Shown here in pieces: positions 10,930 to 24,160 of a stretch of DNA of 64,000 nucleotides; position 1 is the stretch's first letter, and every line of letters begins with the position of its first letter. The position numbers were made by a program, and so were the translations under genes. Below the pieces are notes generated by a model. The model made no database searches, was not told the origin of the DNA, and saw only the letters and a list, made by a program, of their open reading frames with translations. The stretch comes from Lama guanicoe (lineage: Eukaryota). The stretch lies in NCBI GenBank assembly GCA_013239625.1, contig MU054400.1, positions 169,146 to 233,145 on the forward strand. The letters run 5' to 3'.

Positions 10930-13900
10930 AGTTCCACCTCTGGCCATGATGAAGTAATAGGGACTGGATTTACCTTTCTGGTTCTGAAAATCAGATTACA
11001 TGTATAAAGTAATGGTTTGCAGACACTGGACACTAGGCAACACAGGACTGTAATCCCTCAGGGAAGGGAAATAAGCGAGGTGAACCCTACAACTGCCCCA
11101 GTTTTCTGCACAGAAGTTTCCAGGTTGTGGTACAGGAAGTGATAACCTTAAGTGCAGCGGTCTCACTGAGCTGAGGAGATAGAGATTGAATTCTGAGGAG
11201 GCCAAGGCAGCTAGAATTTCCCTCCAAGGGGAGGGGACTGGTGGAGCGAGAGCTCTGAAGTCTTCAGTTGGGTAATGATCTGTGCACGTGTGAGGGAAAA
11301 CCATCTGAATCCAGAAAAAAAAAGTAGTTCAAGAAAGCCATCCACCAACAGTGTTCGCAGCTCACACAGGTCTGAGAACTGTTCATGTTCCGACCAGCAA
11401 CGGTGAAAAGGTCTCAAAATACAAAAGGCATTGGGTAGTGATCTGAAAAGTATTGCCTTCTTGGTAGTAGGGCTACTCTGGACCCATCCGAACAAAGCTT
11501 TAAAGCAAGCCTTGAAACAATCCAACAATTCCAAGTAACTTAGTTACACATCAGGGAAAAAGTGCAACACTGGGTAAGGCATGCAACAAAATGCATCACT
11601 CAACAAAATGAACAGTGCAATGTCCAGAATTCAATTTAAAAATAAATTACCGGGCATGCAAAGGAGCAGAAAACATAAGATCCACAATCAGAGGGGAAAA
11701 AATAAGATTCATAACCAGACCCCAAAATGACAGAGATGATGAAATTAGCAGACAAGGATGTTTTAAAATGCTATTATTAAAATGCTCCATATATTAAAGA
11801 ATGTAAAAGAAATGTAAGAAAGAGCAGGAGAAGACTGAAAGATATAAAAAAGGACTTCTAGAAAATAATACAATCTCTGAAATGAAAAATACAATGAATG
11901 ACATCAACAGCCGCTCGAATACTGTGGAATTAAAGATCAGTGAACTTGAACCATAGTAATAGAAACTATCCTAATGAATATTACAGAGAGAAAAATACTG
12001 AAAGAAATAAACAGAACATCAGTGACCTGGGAGACAATATCAGTACGTGAAACTGGAGTCCCAGATACACTAAAACAGTATAAATACAAAGATTCAGCTC
12101 AGTTAAAAGTAAAAGCATGGAAAAGATAACCCATGCACACACCAGTATTTTCAACGTACATTTCAGAACAAGGAATATTATCTGGGACAAAGAGACATTC
12201 GATTATGACAAATGTGTACGTACCTAATAACAGATCTTAAATACATGAAGAAAATATTCATAGAAATGAAAGAAAAAATAGATAAATATATAATATATAA
12301 TCCGGAGACTTCAGCACTCCTTTGTCAGTTGTCAACAGTATGAATAGCAAGTAAAATAGTGAGAACACAGGAGACTGAATAACACTACCAACCAATTTGA
12401 TGTAATTGAAACGTACAGGACACACCATGTAATAACAACAGAAGGCACGTTCTTTTCAAATGTATTGGGGAACATTCACCAAGATAAACCATATTCAGGG
12501 TGACAAAATGCGTCTCAAATTTAAGAGAATTGAAATCATACAAAATGTATTCTCTAAGTGCAGTGGAGGTAAACGAGACATCAATAACAGGAAAAAGATA
12601 CTGGAAAATACTCAGCTGGTTGGATATTAAGTGGCACATTTCTAAATAGCACATGGGTCAAAAAGAAAATCACAAGGAAAATTAGGATTTTTTTCTGAAA
12701 AATTAAAAATTAGGAACATGTTTAAGAAAAAGAAAGGCCTTAAATCAATGATCTAAGTTTCCACTTCAAGAAATTTTTAAAAAGAAGAGCAAATAAAATG
12801 TAAAGTAAGCAGAAGGGAGGGAAAAAAAGAGCAGAAATTAATGAAAGAGGAAACAGAAAGATGATGGAGAAAAATCAATGAGACTAACAGTTGGAGCTTT
12901 GAAAAGATAAAAAGCAAATTATAAATTTCTAGCCAGACTGAGGAGAAAAAAGTAGAAAGAGGTCACAATTCACTAACACCAGGAACGAAAGAGATGGCAT
13001 CACTACAGACCCTGCATGCATTAAAAGGAAGATGACAGATGTCATGAACATGGCCATTTCAAGAAAGTCAACAACTTGGGTGGAATGGACAAATTCACTG
13101 CAAGACACACACTCTCCGGACCCACCCGATAGCAAGTAAATAACATTAATAACCCTAAATCTATCAAGGAAATTGAATCTGTAGTTTAAAAACCTCCTGC
13201 AAAGAATACTTCAGCTCCATATTGTTAGCAGACAGATTCTCAAACTGGAAAGCCCACCAGAAGTGTGGGGCCTTGCCTGCCGGTTGAGAAGGAATTCTCA
13301 GCAGAGGCAGAGAGGCAAAGTGAAAGACTGCTTTACTGCTCAAAGAGAAGAGAGGAAGGACAAGGGACAGCACTCCAGCGGGGAGCCGCCAGCCAGGCAC
13401 CGGCTGAGGCAGGCTCCCTCCCCCGATTGAGCTGCGCGGGTTTTTATTGGAAGGTTTTGCCATCCTATCTTCATTCTGGTGATGCTGAGGCCAATCAGCT
13501 TTTTCCTTTTATGGGCTTTTTTTCCCCTTTTGCTGAGCTTAGCCCTGGCAAAGAAACTTTGGTGGGAAAGAGAATAGAGAAAGAAATGTTGGGCTATGTC
13601 CTTGGGATCAAGGTGCCAGCTGCAAGGAAAAACAAACAAACAAACAAACAAACAAACAAACAAATAAATAAATAACTGTTTTTCAAGGCCTGGTGTTAAA
13701 GCATCCTGTTTTCGGGTTGGCAAGCCTGTCTAATCACCTCTCTGAGCACGGCTTCACTGGTGAATTCTATCAAACATTTAAGGAAGAAATAACACCAGTT
13801 CTACACAACTCTTTGAGAAAATAGAAGACGCAGGAACAATCCCAAATCAGTCTATGAGGGAGGTAGTATACTCATACCAAAACCAAAGGTATTTAAAAAA

Positions 13901-15690
13901 ACACAATTATAGATCACCGTCACTCACAATATAGATACAAAAATTCTGAACAAAATTTTAGCAAATCTCATCCTGTAGTATATAAAATGATTTTTAAAAA
14001 TCACGACTACATAGGATTTATCCTAGGAATATAATTTTTGGTTTATTCTCCAAAAATTGACCAATGGAATCCACTATATTAACAGACTAAAAGAGAAAAT
14101 CCATAATCACTTTACTAGACAGAGAAGCATTTGACAAGATTTAACACCCATTCATGATTTTAAACACACATACACACACACTCAGAGAAATAGCAGAAGG
14201 GAATTTCCTAAACCAGATAAAAAGCATCTATGAAAAAAACCCTATGACTAATGTCATACTTAATGGAGAAATGCTTATTGCTTTTCCTTGAGATTGGAAA
14301 CAAGGCAAAGATGCCCGCTCATACCAATTCTATTCAACTCTGTACTAAAGGCCATAACAGCGCTACGGCTAAGAAAAGAAACAAAAGGCTAACAAATCGG
14401 AAAGGAAGAACTAAAACCATTTTTATTTGCAGACCAATAAGGCTACTAAAAATCAATTAATTTATCAAGATTGCAGGATACAACGTCCATATAAAAATCA
14501 CTTGTTTTTCTATATACCAGAATGAATAATTAGAAATTTAAATTAAAAGCATGATTTATAACAACATCAAAAAATTAAACATTTAGGCATATACGTAGTG
14601 AAATAAATGCAAGAGCTACACACTGAGAAACTAAAGTGTGAACCTTAAAGTCTCAGTAAACTAAAATCTTACTGAGAGGAAGTAAAAACCTATGTAAAGG
14701 CAAAGATATGGCATTTTGATGGATGAGAAAATTAAATATTGTTAAGATGATAATCCTCTGCAAATTGATCTACGGAGCCAACACAACCCCAACCCAAATA
14801 CCAGCACGTTTTTAACAGGCATGGCAACTTTTACAACTCAATAATAAGAGCACAGAGAAATCTGAATTTAAAAATGGGTAAAGGATTTGAACAGATGCTT
14901 CACCAAAGAAGAGTTATAAATGATAAAATGCTCAACATCATTAGGCGTTAGGGAAATGCAAACATACACACACACACACACACACATACCACACACACCA
15001 CACACATGATACAATTTAAACAGAATGATAATGCCAAGTGTCGCAAGAATGCAGAGCAGTCACAACTCTCATATATTGGGGGTGGGAAGGCCTCATGGTT
15101 TAGCCACTTTGGAAAACAGTTTGGCAGTTTTTTAAAACGTTAAACATTTATTTACCCTATGAACTGGCAATCGCAAACTCCTAGATTTACCCAAAAGAAA
15201 TTAAAACATGTATCCACACAAATACGTATAGCAGCTTTATTCATAACAGTCAAACCCTGGAAACAACTCTAATGAATCAGCTGGTCAACAGATAAACAAA
15301 TGGTGCTATGACCAGGTAATGGAACACCACCCAGCAATGAAAGGACCAACTTACTGACACAAGCAATGCGCACTGACGAATCTCAGAAGCATTATGCTGA
15401 GGGAAGGAAGCCGGACACAAAGACTACATAGCATATAACTCCACTGACATGAAATTCTAGAGAAGGGGGAACCACAGGGTTAGAAAGCAAATCAGTGATT
15501 GCCAGGGGCTAGGGGAGGGAGGTGAGAACTGACTGCAATGAGACACAGGGAATTTTCTGGAGTGATGATGTGTTCTGTATCATGACTGTGGTACTGATTG
15601 CATGACTGTGTATTTGTTAGTGCCTAATAAATCTGTATATTTTAAATTGCTGGATTGTATTGTGTATAAACTATACCTCAATGAAGCTTT
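10930..15690 (+). mobile_element. Ancient, internally deleted L1M: 5'UTR, ORF1 and ORF2 remnants, L1ME/MD-type 3'UTR; interrupted by an LTR
   Basis: 5' motif 'ttccacctctggccatgatgaagtaatagggactggatttacc'; ORF2-like 'ggcttcactggtgaattctatcaaacatttaaggaagaaataacaccagttctacaca'; 3'UTR ends 'aaactatacctcaatgaagct'. No intact ORF. Confidence 0.8.
13223..13748 (-). mobile_element. ERV-type solo LTR nested in L1 ORF2, with an internal (AAAC)n tract
   Basis: TG...CA-bounded ~525-bp GC-richer insert splitting the L1 motif 'aaaactccaggcccagat|ggcttcactgg'. Minus strand has a TATA-like 'aataaaaaccc' and an 'agtaaa' polyA-like signal. No clear TSD. Confidence 0.7.
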
Positions 15691-16339
15691 TTATTTTTGT
15701 TTTTTAAATATAGAGAGAGGTCAAAAATCTACAAGGGTCCACTGCATAAGGATGGTGACAGAAACACACATACATTCTTTGGAATTCCAATGCTGAGCTC
15801 CCTAGACAATTGGAACATTTAATCTGACAAGCATAGGTAGCTACCTTTTAATCAAGGAAAGTGTAGAGTGAACTAAATAGCTGAGGTACAAAGGCTACTG
15901 TATGTGACCGACTACAGGTGCTTAGAATGGGGTGGGGTGGGCAAGAAGGAGATGTGACTTTGGCACATGATACTAGGATGAGCATCTCCCAGCCAGCTTT
16001 ACAAAGCAAGTTAATTTGGTGGTTCCCATTTCCCATTTAATTAACATACACACCTGCAGCACCTACTATGAGTCAGGCAGTGTCAGTCCCTTGGCAAAAC
16101 ACAAAGATGAGTAAGACAAGGCATGTGTCCTTAAAGGCAAAACGAGGATTACAATACAAAGGGATTAGTGCACAGTGCTGCTGAGATATCAAGAGGGATC
16201 TACTTACTCATCTGAAAAAAAAAAATTATTGAGTCCTTAATTATATTCCAGTCACTGTATGAAGGCCTTTGAATACAATGATGGGCAAAGTAGCCACAGA
16301 ACTTCCTCTCCCGCAAATGAATCAGCCATTAATAAAGGA

Positions 16340-16740
16340 ATCTCACTGTCCTATTCATCAAGATTCTCAATAATAAAAATGAAACTGACTCTGGTTAAGC
16401 AGAAAAATAACCTCCTACAAGCGTATCAGATGGCTCACAGAATTGATAGAAATGTCAAAGAACCAGACTAAGGCAGGAACCGACAGAGGTTAGGCATAAT
16501 CAAGACTCTTACACAGGAACTAGCACCTGCCCCTAATGCCTGCCACCCCTGGACACTTGTCCCCATGACAATGAACTCTCATCTCTGCCCAGCCAAGAAT
16601 AATCTCTAGTCAGCCCTGTGCTTCTGTAACTTTCCCTTATTTGCTTTCCTTTATTTGCTTTTCCAGGCCAAGACCATGTGCCTGCCTGGATGTGGGGAGA
16701 AAAAAACAGCCTTTCCCCCTTTGAGTTTTTGTACTAGGCA
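16340..16740 (-). mobile_element. Old MaLR LTR remnant (MLT1N/M-like)
   Basis: 'aaactgactctggttaagcagaaaaa...gatggctcacagaattgatag' resembles old MLT1 subfamilies. Confidence 0.45.
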
Positions 16741-16759
16741 GCAGAGTTTTAGTTAATTG

Positions 16760-17350
16760 GGTGAAAAGGAGAGGAAAGAGTGTTCCAAGCATGAGAAACA
16801 ACATGTTCTGAGATCCCATAGTGGGAGGTAGCATGATGCACAGCAGGCACTGACAGTAGGGTGGACCACACAGCACGTCGAGGGCCACGTTAGACTTTTC
16901 CAAGAACAATGGGAAGCCACTGTGGGATGTTAAGCAACGAATGAGATAATTGAATTTGCATGTCCAAAAGATTACCTGCACTCCGGAGAACAAACTGAAA
17001 GGAACAAGAAACGGAAGTAGAGAGATCAATTACTTGGCTACTTCAGTGATCCAGGCTAGAAGAGGACTCAAGGGGTGGCAGGGGAAGTGGAGAGACAAGG
17101 ACAGTCAAGAGCTCCATGGAAGGCAGGGCAGGCCATGATGGTAGCTAGATGTGGGAAGGGAGAGAGAACTGAATCTAGGATGACTCCTAGGTTCCTGACT
17201 GGCATAACCGGACCAACGGTGGTGTCGATCACCGGGAAAGGGAACACTGGGAGAGGGCCAGTTTGGCACAGAAAATAATGAGTTTTAGTACTCAATCTGT
17301 TTAATATGAAATTGCTTGAGATATCCAAAAGGAAATATCAAGTAAGTGAG
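16760..17350 (-). mobile_element. L2 LINE remnant
   Basis: 'aatgggaagccactgtgggatgttaagca' and 'gatgactcctaggttcctgactggcataacc' are antisense L2 motifs. Confidence 0.75.
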
Positions 17351-17744
17351 AGAACCTCAACCCAAATGAGTTAGGAAAAAAACAAAAACAACAACAACAA
17401 TAACAAAATAAAGACAAGAGAGGGTTAGAGATGCACACATTGCAAGGTTAAAAAAAATCACGGAGATAGGTCATCAGACACGGCTGGAGTCAGAAGTCGA
17501 AACAAAAATAAGGTGATTCATTTTCTCTCCTTGTTGTTCAGAAAAAGCAGTATTAATCCATTCAGATGAAAAATAAAAATATTTATTTAAAAAACGACCT
17601 CAAACATGTCCCAGAATCAAGAAAGAAAGATGGGTGGGCTGAATAATCCCATCCAGCCCTAAGATTCTGTTATATTGTCTGAGTCTGAATTGCCTACATG
17701 TTGATTTATTCCTATTCAAATAAACTGGTTCCATTTCTCAACAG

Positions 17745-17798
<54 letters not shown>
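17745..17798. repeat. (TAA)n/(TTA)n trinucleotide microsatellite
   Basis: Seen directly; it produces the poly-N run in ORF 17716..17910. Confidence 0.95.
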
Positions 17799-17800
<2 letters not shown>

Positions 17801-17849
17801 TTCAAGCAAGCTACCTGCATTTCCCTGATGTCAATTTTAAAAGGCAATA

Positions 17850-18040
17850 ATGAAGTGTTGGATACAAGCAGAAAGTTTGAGGGCAGAGTCCTGTGTTCCA
17901 ATTCCATCAAACGTTAATAAGTTATGCAAATTCACACAATGTATTTCACTTTTCTGAGCCTCAGTCTTCTAGTTTTCAAAATGAGAATAGCAATAGTCCT
18001 TACATCATAATTTTTTACGAGGGTTAAAAGGCTCTTGAAT
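17850..18040 (+). mobile_element. MIR SINE
   Basis: 'ttcacttttctgagcctcagtcttctagttttcaaaatgagaatagcaatagtcctt' is the MIR core. Confidence 0.7.
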
Positions 18041-18054
18041 ATTAAAAAAAAAAG

Positions 18055-18640
18055 GCAATTATCAGGTAGGCGGTTGGCTGTGTGAGTCTGGAACTTGGAG
18101 GAAAAGTCTGTGTCAGAGACACACATTCGCAGATCATGTGCGTGTCAATAACTGAAGTCACGCTATGGATAACATTACCTAGGAAAAGAGTAGAGATGAG
18201 GGACAAAGCCCAGGACTGTGAATTGAGGAACTCCTGAATTAGACTCCCTGGGCATATCAGAGTAGCAAACTTCTTAGAAGTTTGAAATTATTTGTAATTA
18301 TCTAGGTGGAGAAGGAAGGAAAGGGTATTTTGACAAAGTGCGAACAGGTGGAGAGAGGCCCAAAGCCACATGGAGTATTCTGGGAGAAAGGAGATGCTCG
18401 GTGAGACTGGAGGGTACATGAGAGAGTGACGGATGGCGAGGCTGACATGGAGACGCTGAGTAACTGCGTGTACCAAGGGGTTTAGACTTCCTGTAAGAGG
18501 TCCATGAAGTCTCACAATCAGAGTAATAGGATTTGTTTGCAAAAACAACATTTATCCAACCATACAGATGCCAGCTAAGAGAAGGAAGAGCTTGGAAGCA
18601 AAAAGAACCAGTCTGGAGGCAAGTACAACAATCTAGTCAC
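18055..18640 (-). mobile_element. L2 remnants
   Basis: 'gtctggaacttggaggaaaagtctg' and 'ggacaaagcccaggactgtgaattgaggaactcc' are antisense L2-like. Confidence 0.55.
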
Positions 18641-19479
18641 ATTTATCCTATTTGATGTTTCCTGAGTTTCCTGGACCAGTGAGTTTCCACATGACGTTAA
18701 TTTGGGGGAAATTCTCAGTCATGATTGTTTCAAACATTGCTTCTGTTGCTTTCTCACTTTCTCCTCCTTCAGATTTTCCCATGATGTATATGAGAGAGGC
18801 AACCCAGGACTGAAGCCTAGCTCTAATGCCAAAGCCCATGATCTTCCCCATGTTGCTTTATGAAGCGTTTGCTAGCAAGTACTTAGCATTAAGCCGTAAA
18901 TTACTCAACCTGAAAAACTACAGTGGCATAATACAAAGTGAGCCTGTGTGAACAAACCAAACCAAACCAAAAAACACCACTGTTTAGGGCTATGAGAAAG
19001 GGGTGGGGTGGAAAAGAGACTACAGTCATTGAGAACTTAGAATGTACTAGGTTCTGTGGTCTGGTCTTTATATATTTTTTCTCTTTCATTCTTCCCAACA
19101 GCCCCATGAAGCAGAGATGATTATTTTCAGTGAGGCTATGGAGCACAGGAAAGGTTAACCTGATGCAAAACTGTCAACTTAATAGATTGACTTTATACTT
19201 TTGTATCCTTTTTGTACTTCCTTTTCACCCATTTCCCACTCCCCTATCCCCAACATTTCAATCCTCCTCTTTCTTGATGCCCTGAAGTAGGTGAGGTTTT
19301 CTCTGAAATTTGAAAACCGAATCCTTGACAATCACAGAAAAAAAAACAGTTGATAGAAAAATTAGGTGATTTAACTTCATCTCTTGATTAGCTTGATTTT
19401 ATTGTCAAAGAAGTATGTGTGTGTCTGTGTGTGTGTGCTTAAAATGGACTCTGTTATCTTTCCTTCCTTCCTTTATTTT

Positions 19480-21010
19480 TATTTCTTCTTCTCCCCCTCC
19501 AGTTATTTTGTTGTGTGTTTAGAAATGCCTGCCTTTTGCCTTGCAACTTGAATGACAACCTGCCTTAGTATCGTATCATTAGGTCTCACATTCTTTCCTG
19601 CAGAAATTGCAGATACTGCTCACCTGTCTTCTGTGGGAAAGTGAGGGGGCAGCCTGACCTCTGCCCCTTGTAGGTAGCTAGCCTTTTCTGCTTGGATGCC
19701 TCAGGAAACCTTTCTTTACCCCTAAAGTTAAATATCTTAATCAATGTCTATTGTTTTATATCAAATAGCCGCTGGGGAAATAGCATGCCCTTTCAATAGC
19801 AGATGTCATTCTTCAGAAAAATTTTCCCTCATTGTATTTCTGAATAATTTTTAAACTTCTGTTGTGGAGTATGCTATTTCAGGGACCATAATTATCTCTG
19901 TTTTGTATCACCTAGATCTGAACACCTTATTTTGTCTCTACTTGTTCTAATTTCTTTCTAGTTTTCAGCTGTGTTCATAGTGATTCTCTTAAGACACAAT
20001 GCCAGTAACTCTCCAGTTGTGTCTAGACCATTCCTTGATTTCTAACTTATTCGTTAGATCTGTAATAGGATTATTTTGGTCCTGATCGGTTTCCTTAGCC
20101 TTGCAACTTCTCTTCCATCTCTTTGTGTTGTTTCAGCATTTTTCCTTTGTGTTATTATTTTCTTGACAGCATATTTTAAAGTTTTTCCTTAGCACAAGGC
20201 ACTCTGGGGCAGTTTTCTTCTGTTTTGGGGGATTTGTTTTCTTCCAGGCTGTTTCCTTTGTGCCTGGTTCATTCTCTCTCACACACACATTTACAAGGTT
20301 GACATGCTTTTTTCTTCCCTTTGACATGCCATTCATTCTAATTTTGCTCAGGCCACAGTGGGCAGTTCTATGCACTCTCTGGTTTCTCTGATCTACTGTA
20401 GCTCTTCTTGACCTTCTTTGTAGCTTCCCCGGAAACTGTGTATCACCCCAGTGTACAGCAACTTGGGGGCTGGATGTCACCTTCTATTTACTTTTCTGTC
20501 GCCTGAGACTTGAGACTGGGAAGGAGAAGAGCTCCTCTGGAACTGCCTGCAGCCCTTGCTGGGACCCGGGGCTGCATTCTCTCTTCTGAACCCCAGCAAG
20601 TGTCCTTTACCAGGGCCAGGCTTCCTAGCGAGAGCCAGGAATTTCCTAATCCCCGGGCTCTGGTTGGCTCCTCCAACTCAGCAGTGACCTTGGAGAAAGG
20701 CGGGCCCTTTCAACCCCTTGGGCCTCAGTCAGGATCTTGGTGGCAGAGAGAATGGTTCCGAGACTCAGTCTCCCCACTTACTCACCCTCCTAGCCACTTC
20801 TCTTCAAATCAAGGTGAGTTCCGAGTATCAGAATTTTCGTGACTCACCTTTCCTTAGTTCTCTTTCTGGGGTGCAGGTGTGGTAAGCAAGGTTAAGAGCT
20901 AATTTTCAAACTTTATTACATGAAGTTTTATCCTTTTTCAATTTTGATTGCTGCTGATTAATTTTTGGCCTTTTGAAAAATAATGTTTCTGTTCATTTCA
21001 TTGGGTACTG
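19480..21010 (-). mobile_element. HAL1 / ancient L1 ORF1-like remnant
   Basis: T-rich; 'gaaagtgagggggcagcctgac...ttgtaggtagctagccttttctgcttggatgcc' resembles antisense HAL1. Confidence 0.55.
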
Positions 21011-22209
21011 GGAGAGCAATGTCCTCTGGTCTGATTTCCTCTTACCCCAGAGTTTCAGAACAACTTTGAAATGAGCAATGCTGGTGTTTCCAAGCAGATG
21101 GTTCATGAACCAAACTTAGGAAAAAACCAAAGCATGAAATTCAGAGTCAAGGTGAAAATAAAATGAAGGATGGGTGGAAAGCAGAGAGCCTTATTTCATA
21201 TCGGCTTTAAGTATTGAGATGGTTCCTAATTTTATTTTTATTTATATAATATACTTGTGCTTCTAAGAGTTAAAAAGGGGGGGGGAGTGGACCAAGACAC
21301 TTTAAGTTTTTACCTTTCCCAGTGTTAAAAAGCACTGATGGTAAATAATGGCAGGTTAAAAACCTCAGGTGAAAAAGGAAACCGAAAGCATTTTCACAAT
21401 CACATAAGGTATAAGAGTGGCATTAAAATGTGTCCCAAGTACACAGCAGCCTTTCCCAGGAAGTCTCCTTCTAAAAGCAGCTGAGCAGAACATCTCTGAC
21501 TCACCACACTTTGCATTTATTTACCTTACAGAGTGAAACTAATTCTTTCATTACTTTCAGAGATTAATTCTGTGTGCTGACTTCAACAAGACTTGATGTT
21601 TTTCCATTTGCGCTCAGCCACATTTTAAGCAACACCCTGGGAGACAGTCAGTGCTGTGTGCATGGATTTCACTGCACAGTTCACATCGAGATCAGCAAAA
21701 GGGTGGATAAATCCCTAGGTGCAGTTTTAATTTTGTTGCCAGAAAAACAAAACAAAACAAAACAAAACCGAACAGCTAGTGTTCAGAGTCCATTGGGCTC
21801 AGCTTCTCTGCTGTGCTTCTGCAAAGTGCATCGGGCAGGAAACAGCACATCTTGGAGCCTGACCCCCCCTTGAATCACAGCTGCCAGTCGGACCCAGGAG
21901 GCTTGGTCCTAGGGGCCCAGCAGTCACGCTGCCCAGTGCTGCAAGTCTCCAGTTCTTGAGAGCTGCTGATCCTCTTTTCAGCATTTGGCAGGTGTGCTTC
22001 CCCATTAGCTCAAGTCTCCCTGTGTTCCTTAGATGAGTCACCGTGACTGCTCCACATGTCACCTTAACCCAGTGAGCACATTTGCAAACGCTGTTGATTC
22101 ATTTTAAAGTACAAGAATGCCTCCTAGTCACAATGGCCGAAGAGGCCATGCGAGCCAGGGGCCAACAAATACCATTGATTTCCTGATATGCTTCACAATG
22201 ACTAGTTAG

Positions 22210-22400
22210 GTACAGTGACGCGGGCAGGGTGGCAGTGTGCTCTGGACCTGGGAATCTAAATCCTGCCTCCACCACTAACTAACTGTATGACAGGGCTGGG
22301 TACTCACCCTCACTGAACCTCAGGTTCCTTGTCTGTGAAATGGGGATAATAATGACACCCATTGGGAAGATTAAAAAGCTAATCTAAGGGGGAATTCTGA
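22210..22400 (+). mobile_element. MIR SINE
   Basis: 'ctgaacctcaggttccttgtctgtgaaatggggataataat'. Confidence 0.75.
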
Positions 22401-22829
22401 ACCCTGTGCAAATGATGCAGCTGCTGAAAATGACGGTCATTCTGTTATTTTATTAGAGACGGCTGGTGCCAAAAGTTCAAGTTTATACATTTAAAAATTT
22501 ATTAATTGGCTTTCCCAATGAAAATGAATATAGCGAATTACTTCTGAAGTCAGGTGCTTTTTATTTTCAAGTTTAAAAAAATTATTTTTAACTGCCTAAA
22601 ACCACCTGGTTTTATGCATAGGGACACCAAGAAATACAGACACTTTCCTGGGGTCACAGAGCTGACCAGAGATAAGGTCAATACAAAACCTCCAGTAACC
22701 TTATTTTGAGTCCAGTGCCCTTTTTACTTCATTACCCTGCCTTTGTGTGACCATATTCATCAGTGGAGATTCTCATGCTGCAGCCATATTTTTACTGGGG
22801 CTTTCTAGAAGTCAGTAACTTCACATTTT

Positions 22830-23245
22830 AGCTGTTATAACAGACAGCCTCAAAATAACCCTGGGGTAAACAAGATATTTACCTCTCATGTTAAAGTCCA
22901 GCTAAGCTATCCAGGCCTGATATGGTGACACTGCAATCATCCTTTATTTTGATGCCCTACCCACTTCAGCACACACTGTCCATCTTTGGTCCAAGAGGGC
23001 TACTCCAGCCTTTACCATTATTTCCACTTTCCAGTAAAGATATGGAGAAGGGTAAAAAGTGGGCTTACTTCTGTCTAAGCTACACAACATTTCTGCTCAC
23101 ATTCCATTCACCTGAACTTGGTCATATAGCTACATCTAGCTGCAAAGGAGGATGGAAATTGTAATTTTTGATTGTGTCCACCCAACAATGTGATTTCTAT
23201 GTAAAAAGGAAAGACTGGATATTGAGGTGTAATTAACAGTCTGAT
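22830..23245 (-). mobile_element. MaLR LTR (MLT1J-like)
   Basis: 'acatttctgctcacattccattcacctgaacttggtcatatagctacatctagctgcaaaggaggatggaaattgta'. Confidence 0.7.
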
Positions 23246-23464
23246 ACCTACCCCCCCCACACACAATCAACTTTAAGTAGTGTGATATTTTTACAAAAGT
23301 GCTTGAGTTTCCAGATTTGAATAAAACAGCTGGGAGGTATGCATAGGTCCTCAGCTCCTACAAAGGAAATTAATCTATTTCTTAAAATGTAGTTCAGGAT
23401 GGCAGCTTCCACCTAAGGATCTAGGAAGGTGGTATGGGGTTCCACACAGTATTTACAATATTTA

Positions 23465-24160
23465 CAAAGCCAATCGATAGAAAGATAGATAATAAGTGTT
23501 GGTGAGATGCAGAGGAACTGTAACTCTTGCACTCTGCTGGTAGGAATGTAAAACTGTGTAGTCACTCTGTAAAATATTTGGCATTTTCTTAAAATGTTAA
23601 ACATAGAGTTACTGTAAGTCCCAGAAATTCCACTCCTAATTATCTACCCAAGAGAAATGAAAACTTATGTCCACAGAAAGATTTGTATGTGAATATTCAT
23701 AGGAACAGTCACATGGATAGGAATATCCAAAAAGCAGAAACCAGCTCAATGTCCATGAACTGGCAAATAGATAGAATGTGGTATAGCTACGCAGTGGAGT
23801 ACTACTCAAGCAATAAAAAGCAATCCAATACTGATATATGTTTCAGTATGGATGAATCTCAAAAACATTGTGTTAAATGAAGGAAGCCAGGTACAAAACA
23901 CCACATATTGTATGATTCCACTTACATGAAATACCCAGCATAGACAAATCTATAAGGACAGGAAGTAGATGAGTGGTTGCCTGGAGCTGGGAGTAGGAAT
24001 GGGAGTGAGGGTGGAGGGTCAGGGGAGTGTTGACTGGAAATAGGCATGATGGCTTTTGTGTGTGTATGTGTGTGTGATGATGGAAATGTTCTAAAAATTC
24101 AACTGTGGTAATGATTACACAACTCTGCAAATTTACGAGGAATTATCAAATTGCATAATT
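23465..24160 (+). mobile_element. L1MB-like 3' end
   Basis: 'aattccactcctaattatctacccaagagaaatgaaaacttatgtccacag' and 'atggatgaatctcaaaaacattgtgttaaatgaaggaagccag'. Confidence 0.8.

Noticed and set aside
13164..13723. Overlapping 99-136 aa ORFs
   Set aside because: They lie in an LTR with an (AAAC)n tract; no recognisable domain.
18170..18210. Minus-strand recursive-splice-like site (polypyrimidine-AG|GTAATG)
   Set aside because: Lies in an L2 remnant whose consensus already resembles this; the donor is weak.
21505..21714. Minus-strand exon with donors GTG|GTGAGT or AAG|GTAAAT
   Set aside because: The candidate acceptor lacks an adjacent polypyrimidine tract and I found no convincing reading frame.
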